From NCBI GenBank assembly GCA_010909165.1, contig VJWM01000280.1, positions 62,001 through 126,000 on the forward strand: a DNA stretch of 64,000 nt, written 5' to 3'. Shown here in pieces: positions 11,566 to 26,213 of this stretch. The DNA is from Anthoceros angustus (Eukaryota; Plantae; Anthocerotophyta). Numbering within the stretch: the stretch's first letter is position 1; each line of letters opens with the position of its first letter. The notes beneath the pieces are model-generated. The model was not told the origin of the DNA. It saw nothing but the letters and a program-made list of their open reading frames with translations, and searched no databases. Position numbers and translations under genes: made by a program.

Positions 11566-14500
11566 ATTCTCGGTCACGAGATAATTAAAAAGTGGAATGT
11601 GTAGCCTTGAAATCGTTAACCCACGAGGGCTTTGGACAATGAGTGACTAAGCACAATGATTGTTTTTCAAACAAGAAAGGATTCCAGTGACCTTGAACCT
11701 TGACACCTTACGAGGGCTTGTCCAATGTTTATGAATATATGTAAGTCGCATCCCTCATTTATATACCCAAGTTTTCCTTGGCCCTTGGGAATCTTACGTG
11801 GAATTTTGCATCCCGAAACCCCTAATTACCATGGGCCAAGGAACAATCATCCTTGGATTTCGTCATCCCTTTTTTCCCCTTAAATTCGCCCCACTTCCTT
11901 CGAGGTTGATTCCGTCCTTGGACTTTGGCCTCACAAATTTTTCCACAAAGTTCTTCTTTCTCGAACGCCGGACGCCAAGAGTCCGCTAGCCTACTTGCGC
12001 CTCGGGACGCCGGAGTCTGCCGTCCTATTGGCGCACTCCGGCACACCAAGGCCAAGATGCACGGAGTCCGCCGGCCTACCCGCACGATCGAGCCTCCCAC
12101 TCCCCAATGCGACGTTCTCTCGGCCCACGGTTTAGGGTTATCGGGCCTACCACGATCGAGCCTCCCACTCCCCAATGCGACGTTCTCTCGGCCCACGGTT
12201 TAGGGTTATCGGGCCTACCACTCCCGAGTCGCCGTCCTTCGGCCCTCCCGTGAGACTTCTCACCGGTGAGTGCATCGATGGCGGTGTCGTGCAATCCCGA
12301 CCAGAATCGGTGAAGCTTGAGAAACCGTTTTAATTTTTGAAAGTGTTTCGTAGAAAGGGCCTATGTAAATTAGCCTACTTGTACCAAATATCAAAGGCTA
12401 TCGCATCAAGCTATGTTGGAGCTTGAAATGACAACTTGCATGCGAGAAGGAAATCAAGTCAACCAAGAACAACCTTTAGACTAAACCACATCCTTGTAGA
12501 GGCGGTGAAAACCAAGCGTGGGATGAAAACAATCACTACTATTCAAGTTTTGAAAAGGGTGGAGACCCCATTAAAAGCGTTGAGCGTTTTTAGAGGACTT
12601 AACTTTCTCAAGGAGAAGCTCTTTTGCCCACCAAAATTTTCAAACCTCCTAGGAGCAAAGATTTGCATAGTACTAAATTGCAATCAAGAATGTAGGTCGC
12701 TAGAATGAAGGTGGCGATAGTCTAAAATCTTATGTGAAACGAGTCATGTCCATGCACACGATGTTTGATTTAACGTAAGCAAAAATCTTGTCACTAAAGG
12801 ACGTGGACGAAGGTCTTTTCAATCCATGAAGTCCATCGGCAAACCTTTAACTTTGCATGGTCGGGAGTGTGCATGAGTGTAAGTGTTGGGAATGCGTGTT
12901 GACGATGCCGACCGTGGAATGCGGCGTTCTCTCGGCCCACGGTTTAGGGTTATCGGGCCTACCACTCCCGAGTCGCCCGTCCTTCGGCCCTCCCGTGAGA
13001 CTTCTCACCGGTGAGTGCACGATGGCGGTATCGTGCAATCCCGACCAGAATCGGTGAAGCTTGAGAAACCGTTTTAATTTTTGAAAGTGTTTCGTAGAAA
13101 GGGCCTATGTAAATTAGCCTACTTGTACCAAATATCAAAGGCTATCGCATCAAGCTATGTTGGAGCTTGAAATGACAACTTGCATGCGAGAGAAGGAAAA
13201 GCGAAGTCAACCAAGAACAACCTTTAGACTAAACCACATCCTTGTAGAGGCGGTGAAAACCAAGCGTGGGATGAAAACAATCACTACTATTCAAGTTTTG
13301 AAAAGGGTGGAGACCCCATTAAAAGCGTTGAGCGTTTTTAGAGGACTTAACTTTCTCAAGGAGAAGCTCTTTTGCCCACCAAAATTTTCAAACCTCCTAG
13401 GAGCAAAGATTTGCATAGTACTAAATTGCAATCAAGAATGTAGGTCGCTAGAATGAAGGTGGCGATAGTCTAAAATCTTATGTGAAACGAGTCATGTCCA
13501 TGCACACGATGTTTGATTTAACGTAAGCAAAAATCTTGTCACTAAAGGACGTGGACGACGAAGGTCTTTTCAATCCATGAAGTCCATCGGCAAACCTTTA
13601 ACTTTGCATGGTCGGGAGTGTGCATGAGTGTAAGTGTTGGGAATGCGTGTTGACGGCCGACCGTGGAATGCGGCGTTCTCTCGGCCCACGGTTTAGGGTT
13701 ATCGGGCCTACCACTCCCGAGTCGCCCGTCCTTCGGCCCTCCCGTGAGACTTCTCACGGTGAGTGCACGATGGCGGTATCGTGCAATCCCGACCAGAATC
13801 GGTGAAGCTTGAGAAACCGTTTTAATTTTTGAAAGTGTTTCGTAGAAAGGGCCTATGTAAATTAGCCTACTTGTACCAAATATCAAAGGCTATCGCATCA
13901 AGCTATGTTGGAGCTTGAAATGACAACTTGCATGCAGAGAAGGAAAATCAAGTCAACCAAGAACAACCTTTAGACTAAACCACATCCTTGTAGAGGCGGT
14001 GAAAACCAAGCGTGGGATGAAAACAATCACTACTATTCAAGTTTTGAAAAGGGTGGAGACCCCATTAAAAGCGTTGAGCGTTTTTAGAGGACTTAACTTT
14101 CTCAAGGAGAAGCTCTTTTGCCCACCAAAATTTTCAAACCTCCTAGGAGCAAAGATTTGCATAGTACTAAATTGCAATCAAGAATGTAGGTCGCTAGAAT
14201 GAAGGTGGCGAGATAGTCTAAAATCTTATGTGAAGCGAGTCATGTCCATGCACACGATGTTTGATTTAACGTAAGCAAAAATCTTGTCACTAAAGGACGT
14301 GGACGACGAAGGTCTTTTCAATCCATGAAGTCCATCGGCGGCAAACCTTTAACTTTGCATGGTCGAGTGTGCATGAGTGTAAGTGTTGGGAATGCGTGTT
14401 GGATCTTGGCCGTGGAATGCGATGCGGATGTATGGATGGGCGCGGTCGGATGCATAGGATTCAAACATTGACAGTTAATGGAGGGAGTCTCGGTCACGGC

Positions 14501-14731
14501 AGCTATGTCGACTATGTGCGACGCGACATACTCCTCACATCATTCTTGGCACCCGGGACAAACATTTGACCCCTTGCTTCAAAGCATAACAAATTTGGCG
14601 TCATAATGCACATCTATTGATACATTGAATTTTACGTAGTGAGAAAAGTCACCGACCATGCATGCTAGTATGTGAGCACAAGCACACATGAGCTATTTGA
14701 TTGAAGGCAAGTTCACAAGATAATCTAAGGC

Positions 14732-15062
14732 TCAATTCACGAGCTCTTCCAAACAAAAATTCCCACTTTGCAAAAACCATGCCGGTACTATAACGGATGC
14801 ATGCGGACGCAAAAATCGTAAGTGCTCTTGAGCGTACTCACCGCCACATTACATGCGTCGGCAATGCTCTTGAGCGAGCCGCAGTTCCTCGAGATCTTCT
14901 GACCATGTATATAACTCCGGTGACCGACCGTGGGGAGCTTGGATATCAATTTTTGTTTTCCGAGGGCACTCACGGCTTGAAAGACAGCTCGCACTTCCTT
15001 GCGCATTTCGAGCTGGAACAAAACAAAGGTCGCAAAATCCTTGGGCGGATAGCTTTGACGCG
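14732..15062 (-). pseudogene. TFIIB 3' fragment (repeat 2 only) in a ~540-bp sub-duplication
   Basis: Ends at GATAGCTTTGACGCGAC, which continues into the spacer ATACTCCTCAC. Confidence 0.7.
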
Positions 15063-15268
15063 ACATACTCCTCACATCATTCTTGGCACCGGGACAAACA
15101 TTTGACCCCTTGCTTCAAAGCATAACAAATTGGCCGTCATAATGCACATCTATTGATACATTTAATTTTACGTAGTGAGAAAAGTCACCGACCATGCATG
15201 CTAGTATGTGAGCACAAGCACACATGAGCTATTTGATTGAAGGCAAGTTCACGCGCATAATCTAAGGC

Positions 15269-16198
15269 TCAATTCACGAGCTCTTCCAAACAAAAATTCC
15301 CACTTTGCAAAAACCATGCGGTACTATAACGGATGCATGCGGACGCAAAAATCGGTAAGTGCTCTTGAGCGTACTCACCGCCACATTACATGCGTCGGCA
15401 ATGCTCTTGAGCGAGCCGCAGTTCCTCGAGATCTTCTGACCATGTATATAACTCCGGCGGTGACCGTGGGGAGCTTGGATATCAATTTTTGTTTTCCGAG
15501 GGCACTCACGGCTTGAAAGACAGCTCGCACTTCCTTGCGCATTTCGAGCTGGAACAAAGCAGTCTTGCAAAATCCTTGGGCGGATAGCTTTGGGCCGGCG
15601 GATTTCCTCGGGTCTGTGACTCGTCATGCACGGCCCTCATTTCTAGGAGGTCCACCAACTTCCCAACAACCCCTGGTCAAGGCTATAGCTGCAGTACCCA
15701 AAGCCTCGTAGATTTCTTGCATTGACCGAGGAGTCCTTTCTTCTTTACAAGCCACGTACATAGCAGCAGCCACATACGTCTCTTCACAACTCCCTTTTCT
15801 CAAGACCCTCGCCTTCTTGTACAAGGAACTTGCCAATACTGCGTGTTGTGCACAATTCTCATTCTTCTGCGAGCTCAAATCCTATCAAAGGCGGATATCG
15901 TGCCGTCATGAGTGGGAACCCGTGCATTCGTGTTCCGCAGTGTGGATGCAACCCATTTTTCCTTGCGCTGTAGTGCGGATGCAAGTGGTTAGGCCAGCAT
16001 GGTCGAGCAAGTCATCCGTGTCGTGGGGCGTCCCACACGCTCCTTCTCCTCGTGCTCGGTGTCATTATCGAACTTCCTATATTCCAAGGTTTCGTCGATC
16101 GACGTTCTTCTAACACTAGACCGCACTGCAAATGCATCTCGGACTGCTGTCCTCATAAATCTCTGTCTTTATCTTGCACTCTAGACATTTCACTCCAT
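15269..16198 (-). CDS. TFIIB: TFIIB-like copy 5
   Basis: ORF 15624-15878 has LASSLYKKARVLRKGSCEETYVAAAMYVACKEERTPRSMQEIYEAL. Both gene ends are present. Confidence 0.8.
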
Positions 16199-17802
16199 AT
16201 TCTCATGTCCCGAGATAATTAAAAAGTGGAATGTGTAGCCTTGAAATCGTTAACCCACGAGGGCTTTGGACAATGAGTGACTAAGCACAATGATTGTTTT
16301 TCAAACAAGAAAGGATTCCAGTGACCTTGAACCTTGACACCTTACGAGGGCTTGTCCAATGTTTATGAATATATGTAAGTCGCATCCTCATTTATATACC
16401 CAAGTTTTCCTTGGCCCTTGGGAATCTTACGTGGAATTTTGCATCCGAAACCCCTAATTACCATGGGCCAAGGAACAATCATCCTTGATTTCGTCATCCC
16501 CTTTTTTTCCCCCTTAAATTCGCCCCACTTCCTTGAGGTTGATTCCGTCCTTGGACTTTGGCCTCACAAATTTTTCCACAAAGTTCTTCTTTCTCGAGCC
16601 GGACGCCAAGAGTCCGCTAGCCTACTTGCGCCCTCGGGACGCCGGAGTCCGTCCTATTGGCGCACTCCGGCACACCCGCAAGGCCAAGATGCACGGAGTC
16701 CGCCGGCCTACCCGCACGATCGAGCCTCCCACTCCCCAATGCGACGTTCTCTCGGCCCACGGTTTAGGGTTATCGGGCCTACCACTCCCGAGTCGCCGTC
16801 CTTTCGGCCCTCCCGTGAGACTTCTCACGGTGAGTGCATCGATGGCGGTGTCGTGCAATCCCGACCAGAATCGGTGAAGCTTGAGAAACCGCTTTTAATT
16901 TTTGAAAGTGTTTCGTAGAAAGGGCCTATGTAAATTAGCCTACTTGTACCAAATATCAAAGGCTATCGCGGTCAAGCTATGTTGGAGCTTGAAATGACAA
17001 CTTGCATGCAGAGAAGGAAAATCAAGTCAACCAAGAACAACCTTTAGACTAAACCACATCCTTGTAGAGGCGGTGAAAACCAAGCGTGGGATGAAAACAA
17101 TCACTACTATTCAAGTTTTGAAAAGGGTGGAGACCCCATTAAAAGCGTTGAGCGTTTTTAGAGGACTTAACTTTCTCAAGGAGAAGCTCTTTTGCCCACC
17201 AAAATTTTCAAACCTCCTAGGAGCAAAGATTTGCATAGTACTAAATTGCAATCAAGAATGTAGGTCGCTAGAATGAAGGTGGCAGATAGTCTAAAATCTT
17301 ATGTGAAACGAGTCATGTCCATGCACACGATGTTTGATTTAACGTAAGCAAAAATCTTGTCACTAAAGGACGGACGACGAAGGTCTTTTTCAATCCATGA
17401 AGTCCATCGGCAAACCTTTAACTTTGCATGGTCGGGAGTGTGCATGAGTGTAAGTGTTGGGAATGCGTGTTGACGATCGACCGTGGAATGCGATGCGGAT
17501 GTATGGATGGGCGCGGGTCGGATGCATAGGATTCAAACATTGATGCTTAATGGAGGGAGTCTCGGTCACGGCAGCTATGTCGACTATGTGCGACGCGACA
17601 TACTCCTCACATCATTCTTGGCACCCGGGACAAACATTTGACCCCTTGCTTCAAAGCATAACAAATTTGGCGTCATAATGCACATCTATTGATACATTGA
17701 ATTTTACGTAGTGAGAAAAAGTCACGACCATGCTGCATGCTAGTATGTGAGCAAGCACACTGAGCTATTTGATTGAAGGCAAGTTCACAGATAATCTAAG
17801 GC

Positions 17803-18738
17803 TCAATTCGAGCTCTTCCAAACAAAAATTCCCACTTTGCAAAACCATGCCGGTACTATAACGGATGCATGCGGACGCAAAAATCGGTAAGTGCTCTTGA
17901 GCGTACTCACCGCCACATTACATGCGTCGGCAATGCTCTTGAGCGAGCCGCACGGTTCCCTCGAGATCTTAGACCATGTATATAACTCCGCGGTGACCGT
18001 GGGAGCTTGGATATCGAATTTTTGTTTTCCGAGGGCACTCACTTGAAAGACAGCTCTCGCACTTCCTTGCGCATTTCGAGCTGGAACAAAAGCAGTCTTG
18101 CAAAAATCCTTGGGCGGATAGCTTTGGGCGACGGCGGATTTCCTCGGGTCTGTGGCTCGTCATGCACGGCCCTCATTTCTAGGAGGTCCACCAACTTCCC
18201 AACAACCCCTGGTCAAGGCTATAGCTGCAGTACCCAAAGCCTCGTAGATTTCTTGCATTGACCGAGGAGTCCTTTCTTCTTTACAAGCCACGTACATAGC
18301 AGCAGCCACATACGTCTCTTCACAACTCCCTTTTCTCAAGACCTCGCCTTCTTGTACAAGGAACTTGCCAATACTGCGTGTTGTGCACAATTCTCATTCT
18401 TCTGCGAGCTCGAAATCCTATCAAAGGCGGATATCAGTCATGCCATGAGTGGGAACCCGTGCATTCGTGTTCCGCAGTGTGGATGCAACCCATTTTTCCT
18501 TGCGCTGTAGTGCGGATGCAAGTGGTTAGGCCAGCATGGTCGAGCAAGTCATCCGTGTAATGAGGACGCCCCACACGCTCCTTCTCCTCGTGCTCGGTGT
18601 CATTATCGAACTTCCTATATTCCAAGGTTTCGTCGACACGACGTTCTTCTAACACTAGACCGCACTGCAAATGCCGCCTGCACTGCTGTCCTCATAAATC
18701 TCTGTCTTTATCTTGCACTCTAGACATTTCGACTCCAT
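17803..18738 (-). CDS. TFIIB: TFIIB-like copy 6
   Basis: ORF 18434-18670 reads LQCGLVLEERRVDETLEYRKFDNDTEHEEKERVGRPHYTDDLLDHAGLTTCI (Zn-ribbon end and B-reader). ORFs 18160-18390 and 17803-18042 carry the cyclin folds. Confidence 0.82.
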
Positions 18739-20372
18739 ATTCTCTGTCACGAGATAATTAAAAAGTGGAATGTGTAGCCTTGAAATCGTTAACCCACGAG
18801 GGCTTTGGACAATGAGTGACTAAGCACAATGATTGTTTTTCAAACAAGAAAGGATTCCACAGTGACCTTGAACCTTGACACCTTACGAGGGCTTGTCCAA
18901 TGTTTATGAATATATGTAAGTCGATCCCTCATTTATATACCCAAGTTTTCCTTGGCCCTTGGGAATCTTACGTGGAATTTTGCATCCGAAACCCCTAATT
19001 ACCATGGGCCAAGGAACAATCATCCTTGGATTTCGTCATCCCTTTTTTCCCCTTAAATTCGCCCCACTTCCTTCGAGGTTGATTCCGTCCTTGGACTTTG
19101 GCCTCACAAATTTTTCCACAAAGTTCTTCTTTCTCGAACGCCGGACGCCAAGAGTCCGCTAGCCTACTTGCGCCTCGGACGCCGGAGTCTGCCGTCCTAT
19201 TGGCGCACTCCGGCACACCCGCAAGGCCAAGATGCACGGAGTCCGTCGGCCTACCCGCACGATCGAGCCTCCCACTCCCCAATGCGACGTTCTCTCGGCC
19301 CACGGTTTAGGGTTATCGGGCCTACCACTCCCGAGTCGCCGTCCTTCGGCCCTCCGTGAGACTTCTCACGGTGAGTGCATCGATGGCACCGTGCAATCCC
19401 GACCAGAATCGGTGAAGCTTGAGAAACCGCTTTTAATTTTTGAAAGTGTTTCGTAGAAAGGGCCTATGTAAATTAGCCTACTTGTACCAAATATCAAAGG
19501 CTATCGCATCAAGCTATGTTGGAGCTTGAAATGACAACTTGCATGCAGAGAAGGAAAACGAAGTCAACCAAGAACAACCTTTAGACTAAACCACATCCTT
19601 GTAGAGGCGGTGAAAACCAAGCGTGGGATGAAAACAATCACTACTATTCAAGTTTTGAAAAGGGTGGAGACCCCATTAAAAGCGTTGAGCGTTTTTAGAG
19701 GACTTAACTTTCTCTCAAGGAGAAGCTCTTTTGCCCACCAAAATTTTCAAACCTCCTAGGAGCAAAGATTTGCATAGTACTAAATTGCAATCAAGAATGT
19801 AGGTCGCTAGAATGAAGGTGGCGAGATAGTCTAAAATCTTATGTGAAACGAGTCATGTCCATGCACACGATGTTTGATTTAACGTAAGCAAAAATCTTGT
19901 CACTAAAGGACGGACGAAGGTCTTTTTCCAATCCATGAAGTCCATCGGCAAACCTTTAACTTTGCATGGTCGGGAGTGTGCATGAGTGTAAGTGTTGGGA
20001 ATGCGTGTTGTGCACAATTCTCATTCTTCTGCGAGCTCGAAATCCTATCAAAGGCGGATGTATGGATGGGCGCGGGTCGGATGCATAGGATTCAAACATT
20101 GATGATTAATGGAGGAGTCTCGGTCACGGCAGCTATGTCGACTATGTGCGACGCGACATACTCCTCACATCATTCTTGGCACCCGGGACAAACATTTGAC
20201 CCCTTGCTTCAAAGAAGCATAACAAATTTGGCGTCATAATGCACACGATCTATTGATACATTGAATTTTACGAGTGAGAAAAAGTCACCGACCATGCTGC
20301 ATGCTAGTATGTGAGCACAAGCACACTGAGCTATTTGATTGAAGGCAAGTTCACAACAAGATAATCTAAGGC

Positions 20373-21311
20373 TCAATTCGAGCTCTTCCAAACAAAAATT
20401 CCCACTTTGCAAAAACCATGCCGGTACTATAACGGATGCATGCGGACGCAAAATCTGGTAAGTGCTCTTGAGCGTACTCACCGCCACATTACATGCGTCG
20501 GCAATGCTCTTGAGCGAGCTGCACGGTTCCCTCGAGATCTTACAGACCATGTATATAACTCCGGCGGTGACCGACTGTGGGGAGCTTCGGATATCGAATT
20601 TTTGTTTTCCGAGGGCACTCACAGCTTGAAAGACAGCTCTCGCACTTTCCTTGCGCATTTCGAGCCTGGAACAAAACAGTGCTGCAAAATCCTTGGGCCG
20701 GATAGCTTTGGACGCGCACGGCGGATTTCCTCGGGTGCGCGGCTCATGCACGGCCCTCATTTCTAGGAGGTCCACCAACTTCCCAACAACCCCTGGTCAA
20801 GGCTATAGCTGCAGTACCCAAAGCCTCGTAGATTTCTTGCATTGACCGAGGAGTCCTTTCTTCTTTACAAGCCACGTACATAGCAGCCACATCGTCTCTT
20901 CACAACTCCCTTTTCTCAAGACCCTCGCCTTCTTGTACAAGGAACTTGCCAATACTGCGTGTTGTGCACAATTCTCATTCTTCTGCGAGCTCGAAATCCT
21001 ATCAAAGGCGGATATCGCCGTCATGAGTGGGAACCCGTGCATTCGTGTTCCGCGGTGTGGATGCAACCCATTTTTCCTTTGCTGTAGTGCGGATGCAAGT
21101 GGTTAGGCCAGCATGGTCGAGCAAGTCATCCGTGTCGTGGGGCGTCCCACACGCCTCCTTCTCCTCGTGCTCGGTGTCATTATCGAACTTCCTATATTCC
21201 AAGGTTTCGTCGACACGACGTTCTTCTAACACTAGACCGCACTGCAAATGTTGCCTGCACTGTCCTCATAAATCTCTGTCTTTATCTTGCACTCTAGACA
21301 TTTCACTCCAT
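20373..21311 (-). CDS. TFIIB: TFIIB-like copy 7
   Basis: ORF 20209-20778 has KAIRPKDFAALFCSRLEMRK...QKFDIRSSPQSVTAGVIYMVCKIS...SLKSIADACNVAVSTLKSTY. ORF 21002-21247 has the B-reader. Confidence 0.85.
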
Positions 21312-23655
21312 ATTCTCCTGTCACGAGATAATTAAAAAGTGGAATGTGTAGCCTTGAAATCGTTAACCCACGAGGGCTTTGGACAATGAGTGACTAAGCA
21401 CAATGATTGTTTTTCAAACAAGAAAGGATTCCATGACCTTGAACCTTGACACCTTACGAGGGCTTGTCCAATGTTTATGAATATATGTAAGTCGCATCCC
21501 TCATTTATATACCCAAGTTTTCCTTGGCCCTTGGGAATCTTACGTGGAATTTTGCATCCCGAAACCCCTAATTACCATGGGCCAAGGAACAATCATCCTT
21601 GGATTTCGTCATCCCCTTTTTTTCCCCTTAAATTCGCCCCACTTCCTTGAGGTTGATTCCGTCCTTGGACTTTGGCCTCACAAATTTTTCCACAAAGTTC
21701 TTCTTTCTCGAGCCGGACGCCAAGAGTCCGCTAGCCTACTTGCGCCGGACGCCGGAGTCTGCCGTCCTATTGGCGCACTCCGGCACACCAAGGCCAAGAT
21801 GCACGAGTCCGTCGGCCTACCCGCACGATCGAGCCTCCCACTCCCCAATGCGACGTTCTCTCGGCCCACGGTTTAGGGTTATCGGGCCTACCACTCCCGA
21901 GTGCGCCGTCCTTTCGGCCCTCCGTGAGACTTCTCACCGGTGAGTGCACGATGGCATGTCGTGCAATCCCGACCAGAATCGGTGAAGCTTGAGAAACCGC
22001 TTTTAATTTTTGAAAGTGTTTCGTAGAAAGGGCCTATGTAAATTAGCCTACTTGTACCAAATATCAAAGGCTATCGCGGTCAAGCTATGTTGGAGCTTGA
22101 AATGACAACTTGCATGCAGAGAAGGAAAATCAAGTCAACCAAGAACAACCTTTAGACTAAACCACATCCTTGTAGAGGTGAAAACCAAGCGTGGGATGAA
22201 AACAATCACTACTATTCAAGTTTTGAAAAGGGTGGAGACCCCATTAAAAGCGTTGAGCGTTTTTAGAGGACTTAACTTTCTCTCAAGGAGAAGCTCTTTT
22301 GCCCACCAAAATTTTCAAACCTCCTAGGAGCAAAGATTTGCATAGTACTAAATTGCAATCAAGAATGTAGGTCGCTAGAATGAAGGTGGCGATAGTCTAA
22401 AATCTTATGTGAAACGAGTCATGTCCATGCACACGATGTTTGATTTAACGTAAGCAAAAATCTTGTCACTAAAGGACGTGGACGAAGGTCTTTTTCCAAT
22501 CCATGAAGTCCATCGGCAAACCTTTAACTTGCATGGTCGGGAGTGTGCATGAGTGTAAGTGTTGGGAATGCGTGTTGACGATGCGACCGTGGAATGCGGC
22601 GTTCTCTCGGCCCACGGTTTAGGGTTATCGGGCCTACCACTCCCGAGTCGCCGTCCTTTCGGCCCTCCCGTGAGACTTCTCACCGGTGAGTGCACGATGG
22701 CAGTCGTGCAATCCCGACCTCAGAATCGTGAAGCTTGAGAAACCGTTTTAATTTTTGAAAGTGTTTCGTAGAAAGGGCCTATGTAAATTAGCCTACTTGT
22801 ACCAAATATCAAAGGCTATCGCGGTCAAGCTATGTTGGAGCTTGAAATGACAACTTGCATGCAGAGAAGGAAAATCAAGTCAACCAAGAACAACCTTTAG
22901 ACTAAACCACATCCTTGTAGAGGCGGTGAAAACCAAGCGTGGGATGAAAACAATCACTACTATTCAAGTTTTGAAAAGGGTGGAGACCCCATTAAAAGCG
23001 TTGAGCGTTTTTAGAGGACTTAACTTTCTCAAGGAGAAGCTCTTTTGCCCACCAAAATTTTCAAACCTCCTAGGAGCAAAGATTTGCATAGTACTAAATT
23101 GCAATCAAGAATGTAGGTCGCTAGAATGAAGGTGGCAGATAGTCTAAAATCTTATGTGAAACGAGTCATGTCCATGCACACGATGTTTGATTTAACGTAA
23201 GCAAAAATCTTGTCACTAAAGGACGTGGACGAAGGTCTTTTCCAATCCATGAAGTCCATCGGCAAACCTTTAACTTGCATGGTCGGGAGTGTGCATGAGT
23301 GTAAGTGTTGGGAATGCGTGTTGGATCTTGGCCGTGGAATGCGATGCGGATGTATGGATGGGCGCGGGTCGGATGCATAGGATTCAAACATTGATTAATG
23401 GAGGAGTCTCGGTCACGGCTATGTCGACTATGTGCGACGCGACATACTCCTCACATCATTCTTGGCACCCGGGACAAACATTTGACCCCTTGCTTCAAAG
23501 AAGCATAACAAATTGGCCGTCATAATGCACATCTATTGATACATTGAATTTTACGTAGTGAGAAAAGTCACCGACCATGCTGCATGCTAGTATGTGAGCT
23601 CAAGCACACATGAGCTATTTGATTGAAGGCAAGTTCACAACAGATAATCTAAGGC

Positions 23656-24586
23656 TCAATTCTCGAGCTCTTCCAAACAAAAATTCCCACTTTGCAAAAA
23701 CCATGCGGTACTATAACGGATGCATGCGGACGCAAAAATCTGGTAAGTGCTCTTGAGCGTACTCACCGCCACATTACATGCGTCGGCAATGCTCTTGAGC
23801 GAGCCGCAGTTCCCTCGAGATCTTAGACCATGTATATAACTCCGCGGTGACCGACCGTGGGGAGCTTGGATATCAATTTTTGTTTTCCGAGGGCACTCAG
23901 CTTGAAAGACAGCTCTCGCACTTCCTTGCGCATTTCGAGCTGGAACAAAACAAAAGGTCTTGCAAAAATCCTTGGGCGGATAGCTTTGACGCCAAGACGG
24001 CGGATTTCCTCGGTCTGGTCATGCACGGCCCTCATTTCTAGGAGGTCCACCAACTTCCCAACAACCCCTGGTCAAGGCTATAGCTGCAGTACCCAAAGCC
24101 TCGTAGATTTCTTGCATTGACCGAGGAGTCCTTTCTTCTTTACAAGCCACGACATAGCAGCCACATCGTCTCTTCACAACTCCCTTTTCTCAAGACCCTC
24201 GCCTTCTTGTACAAGGAACTTGCCAATACCGTGTTGTGCACAATTCTCATTCTTCTGCGAGCTCAAATCCTATCAAAGGCGGATATCAGTGCCGTCATGA
24301 GTGGGAACCCGTGCATTCGTGTTCCGCAGTGTGGATGCAACCCATTTTTCCTTTGCTCAGAGTGCGGATGCAAGTGGTTAGGCCAGCATGGTCGAGCAAG
24401 TCATCCGTGTCGTGGGGCGTCCCACACGCTCCTTCTCCTCGTGCTCGGTGTCATTATCGAACTTCCTATATTCCAAGGTTTCGTCGACACGACGTTCTTC
24501 TAACACTAGACCGCACTGCAAATGCATCTCGGACTGCTGTCCTCATAAATCTGTCTTTATCTTGCACTCTAGACATTTCACTCCAT
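23656..24586 (-). CDS. TFIIB: TFIIB-like copy 8
   Basis: Full-length homologous interval; ORF 23823-24053 carries a repeat 2 fragment. Confidence 0.78.
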
Positions 24587-25273
24587 ATTCTCGTCCCGAG
24601 ATAATTAAAAAGTGGAATGTGTAGCCTTGAAATCGTTAACCCACGAGGGCTTTGGACAATGAGTGACTAAGCACAATGATTGTTTTTCAAACAAGAAAGG
24701 ATTCCATGACCTTGAACCTTGACACCTTACGAGGGCTTGTCCAATGTTTATGAATATATGTAAGTCGCATCCCTCATTTATATACCCAAGTTTTCCTTGG
24801 CCCTTGGGAATCTTACGTGGAATTTTGCATCCGAAACCCCTAATTACCATGGGCCAAGGAACAATCATCCTTGGATTTCGTCATCCCTTTTTTCCCCTTA
24901 AATTCGCCCACTTCCTTGAGGTTGATTCCGTCCTTGGACTTTGGCCTCACAAATTTTTCCACAAAGTTCTTCTTTCTCGAGCCGGACGCCAAGAGTCCGC
25001 TAGCCTACTTGCGCCGGACGCCGAGTCTCGGTCACGGCTATGTCGACTATGTGCGACGCGACATACTCCTCACATCATTCTTGGCACCCGGGACAAACAT
25101 TTGACCCCTTGCTTCAAAGAAGCATAACAAATTGGCCGTCATAATGCACATCTATTGATACATTTAATTTTACGTAGTGAGAAAAAGTCACGACCATGCT
25201 GCATGCTAGTATGTGAGCACAAGCACACTGAGCTATTTGATTGAAGGCAAGTTCACGGCGCATAATCTAAGGC

Positions 25274-26213
25274 TCAATTCTGAGCTCTTCCAAACAAAAA
25301 TTCCCACTTTGCAAAAACCATGCCGGTACTATAACGGATGCATGCGGACGCAAAAATCGGTAAGTGCTCTTGAGCGTACTCACCGCCACATTACATGCGT
25401 CGGCAATGCTCTTGAGCGAGCCGCAGTTCCCTCGAGATCTTCAGACCATGTATATAACTCCGCGGTGACCGTGGGGAGCTTGGATATCGAATTTTTGTTT
25501 TCCGAGGGCACTCAGCTTGAAAGACAGCTCTCGCACTTCCTTGCGCATTTCGAGCTGGAACAAAGCAGTCTTGCAAAAATCCTTGGGCGGATAGCTTTGA
25601 CGCCAAGACGGCGGATTTCCTCGGGTCTGTGACTCGTCATGCACGGCCCTCATTTCTAGGAGGTCCACCAACTTCCCAACAACCCCCGGTCAAGGCTATA
25701 GCTGCAGTACCCAAAGCCTCGTAGATTTCTTGCATTGACCGAGGAGTCCTTTCTTCTTTACAAGCCACGACATAGCAGCAGCCACATACGTCTCTTCACA
25801 ACTCCCTTTTCTCAAGACCCTCGCCTTCTTGTACAAGGAACTTGCCAATACACTGCGTGTTGTGCACAATTCTCATTCTTCTGCGAGCTCAAATCCTATC
25901 AAAGGCGGATATCAGTCATTGTCATGAGTGGGAACCCGTGCATTCGTGTTCCGCGGTGTGGATGCAACCCATTTTTCCTTGCGCTGTAGTGCGGATGCAA
26001 GTGGTTAGGCCAGCATGGTCGAGCAAGTCATCCGTGTCGTGGGGCGTCCCACACGCTCCTTCTCCTCGTGCTCGGTGTCATTATCGAACTTCCTATATTC
26101 CAAGGTTTCGTCGATCGACGTTCTTCTAACACTAGACCGCACTGCAAATGCCGCTCTGCACTGCTGTCCTCATAAATCTGTCTTTATCTTGCACTCTAGA
26201 CATTTCACTCCAT
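25274..26213 (-). CDS. TFIIB: TFIIB-like copy 9 (in the 1.63-kb short unit)
   Basis: Full-length homologous interval; see ORFs 25391-25606 and 25441-25671. Confidence 0.78.
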
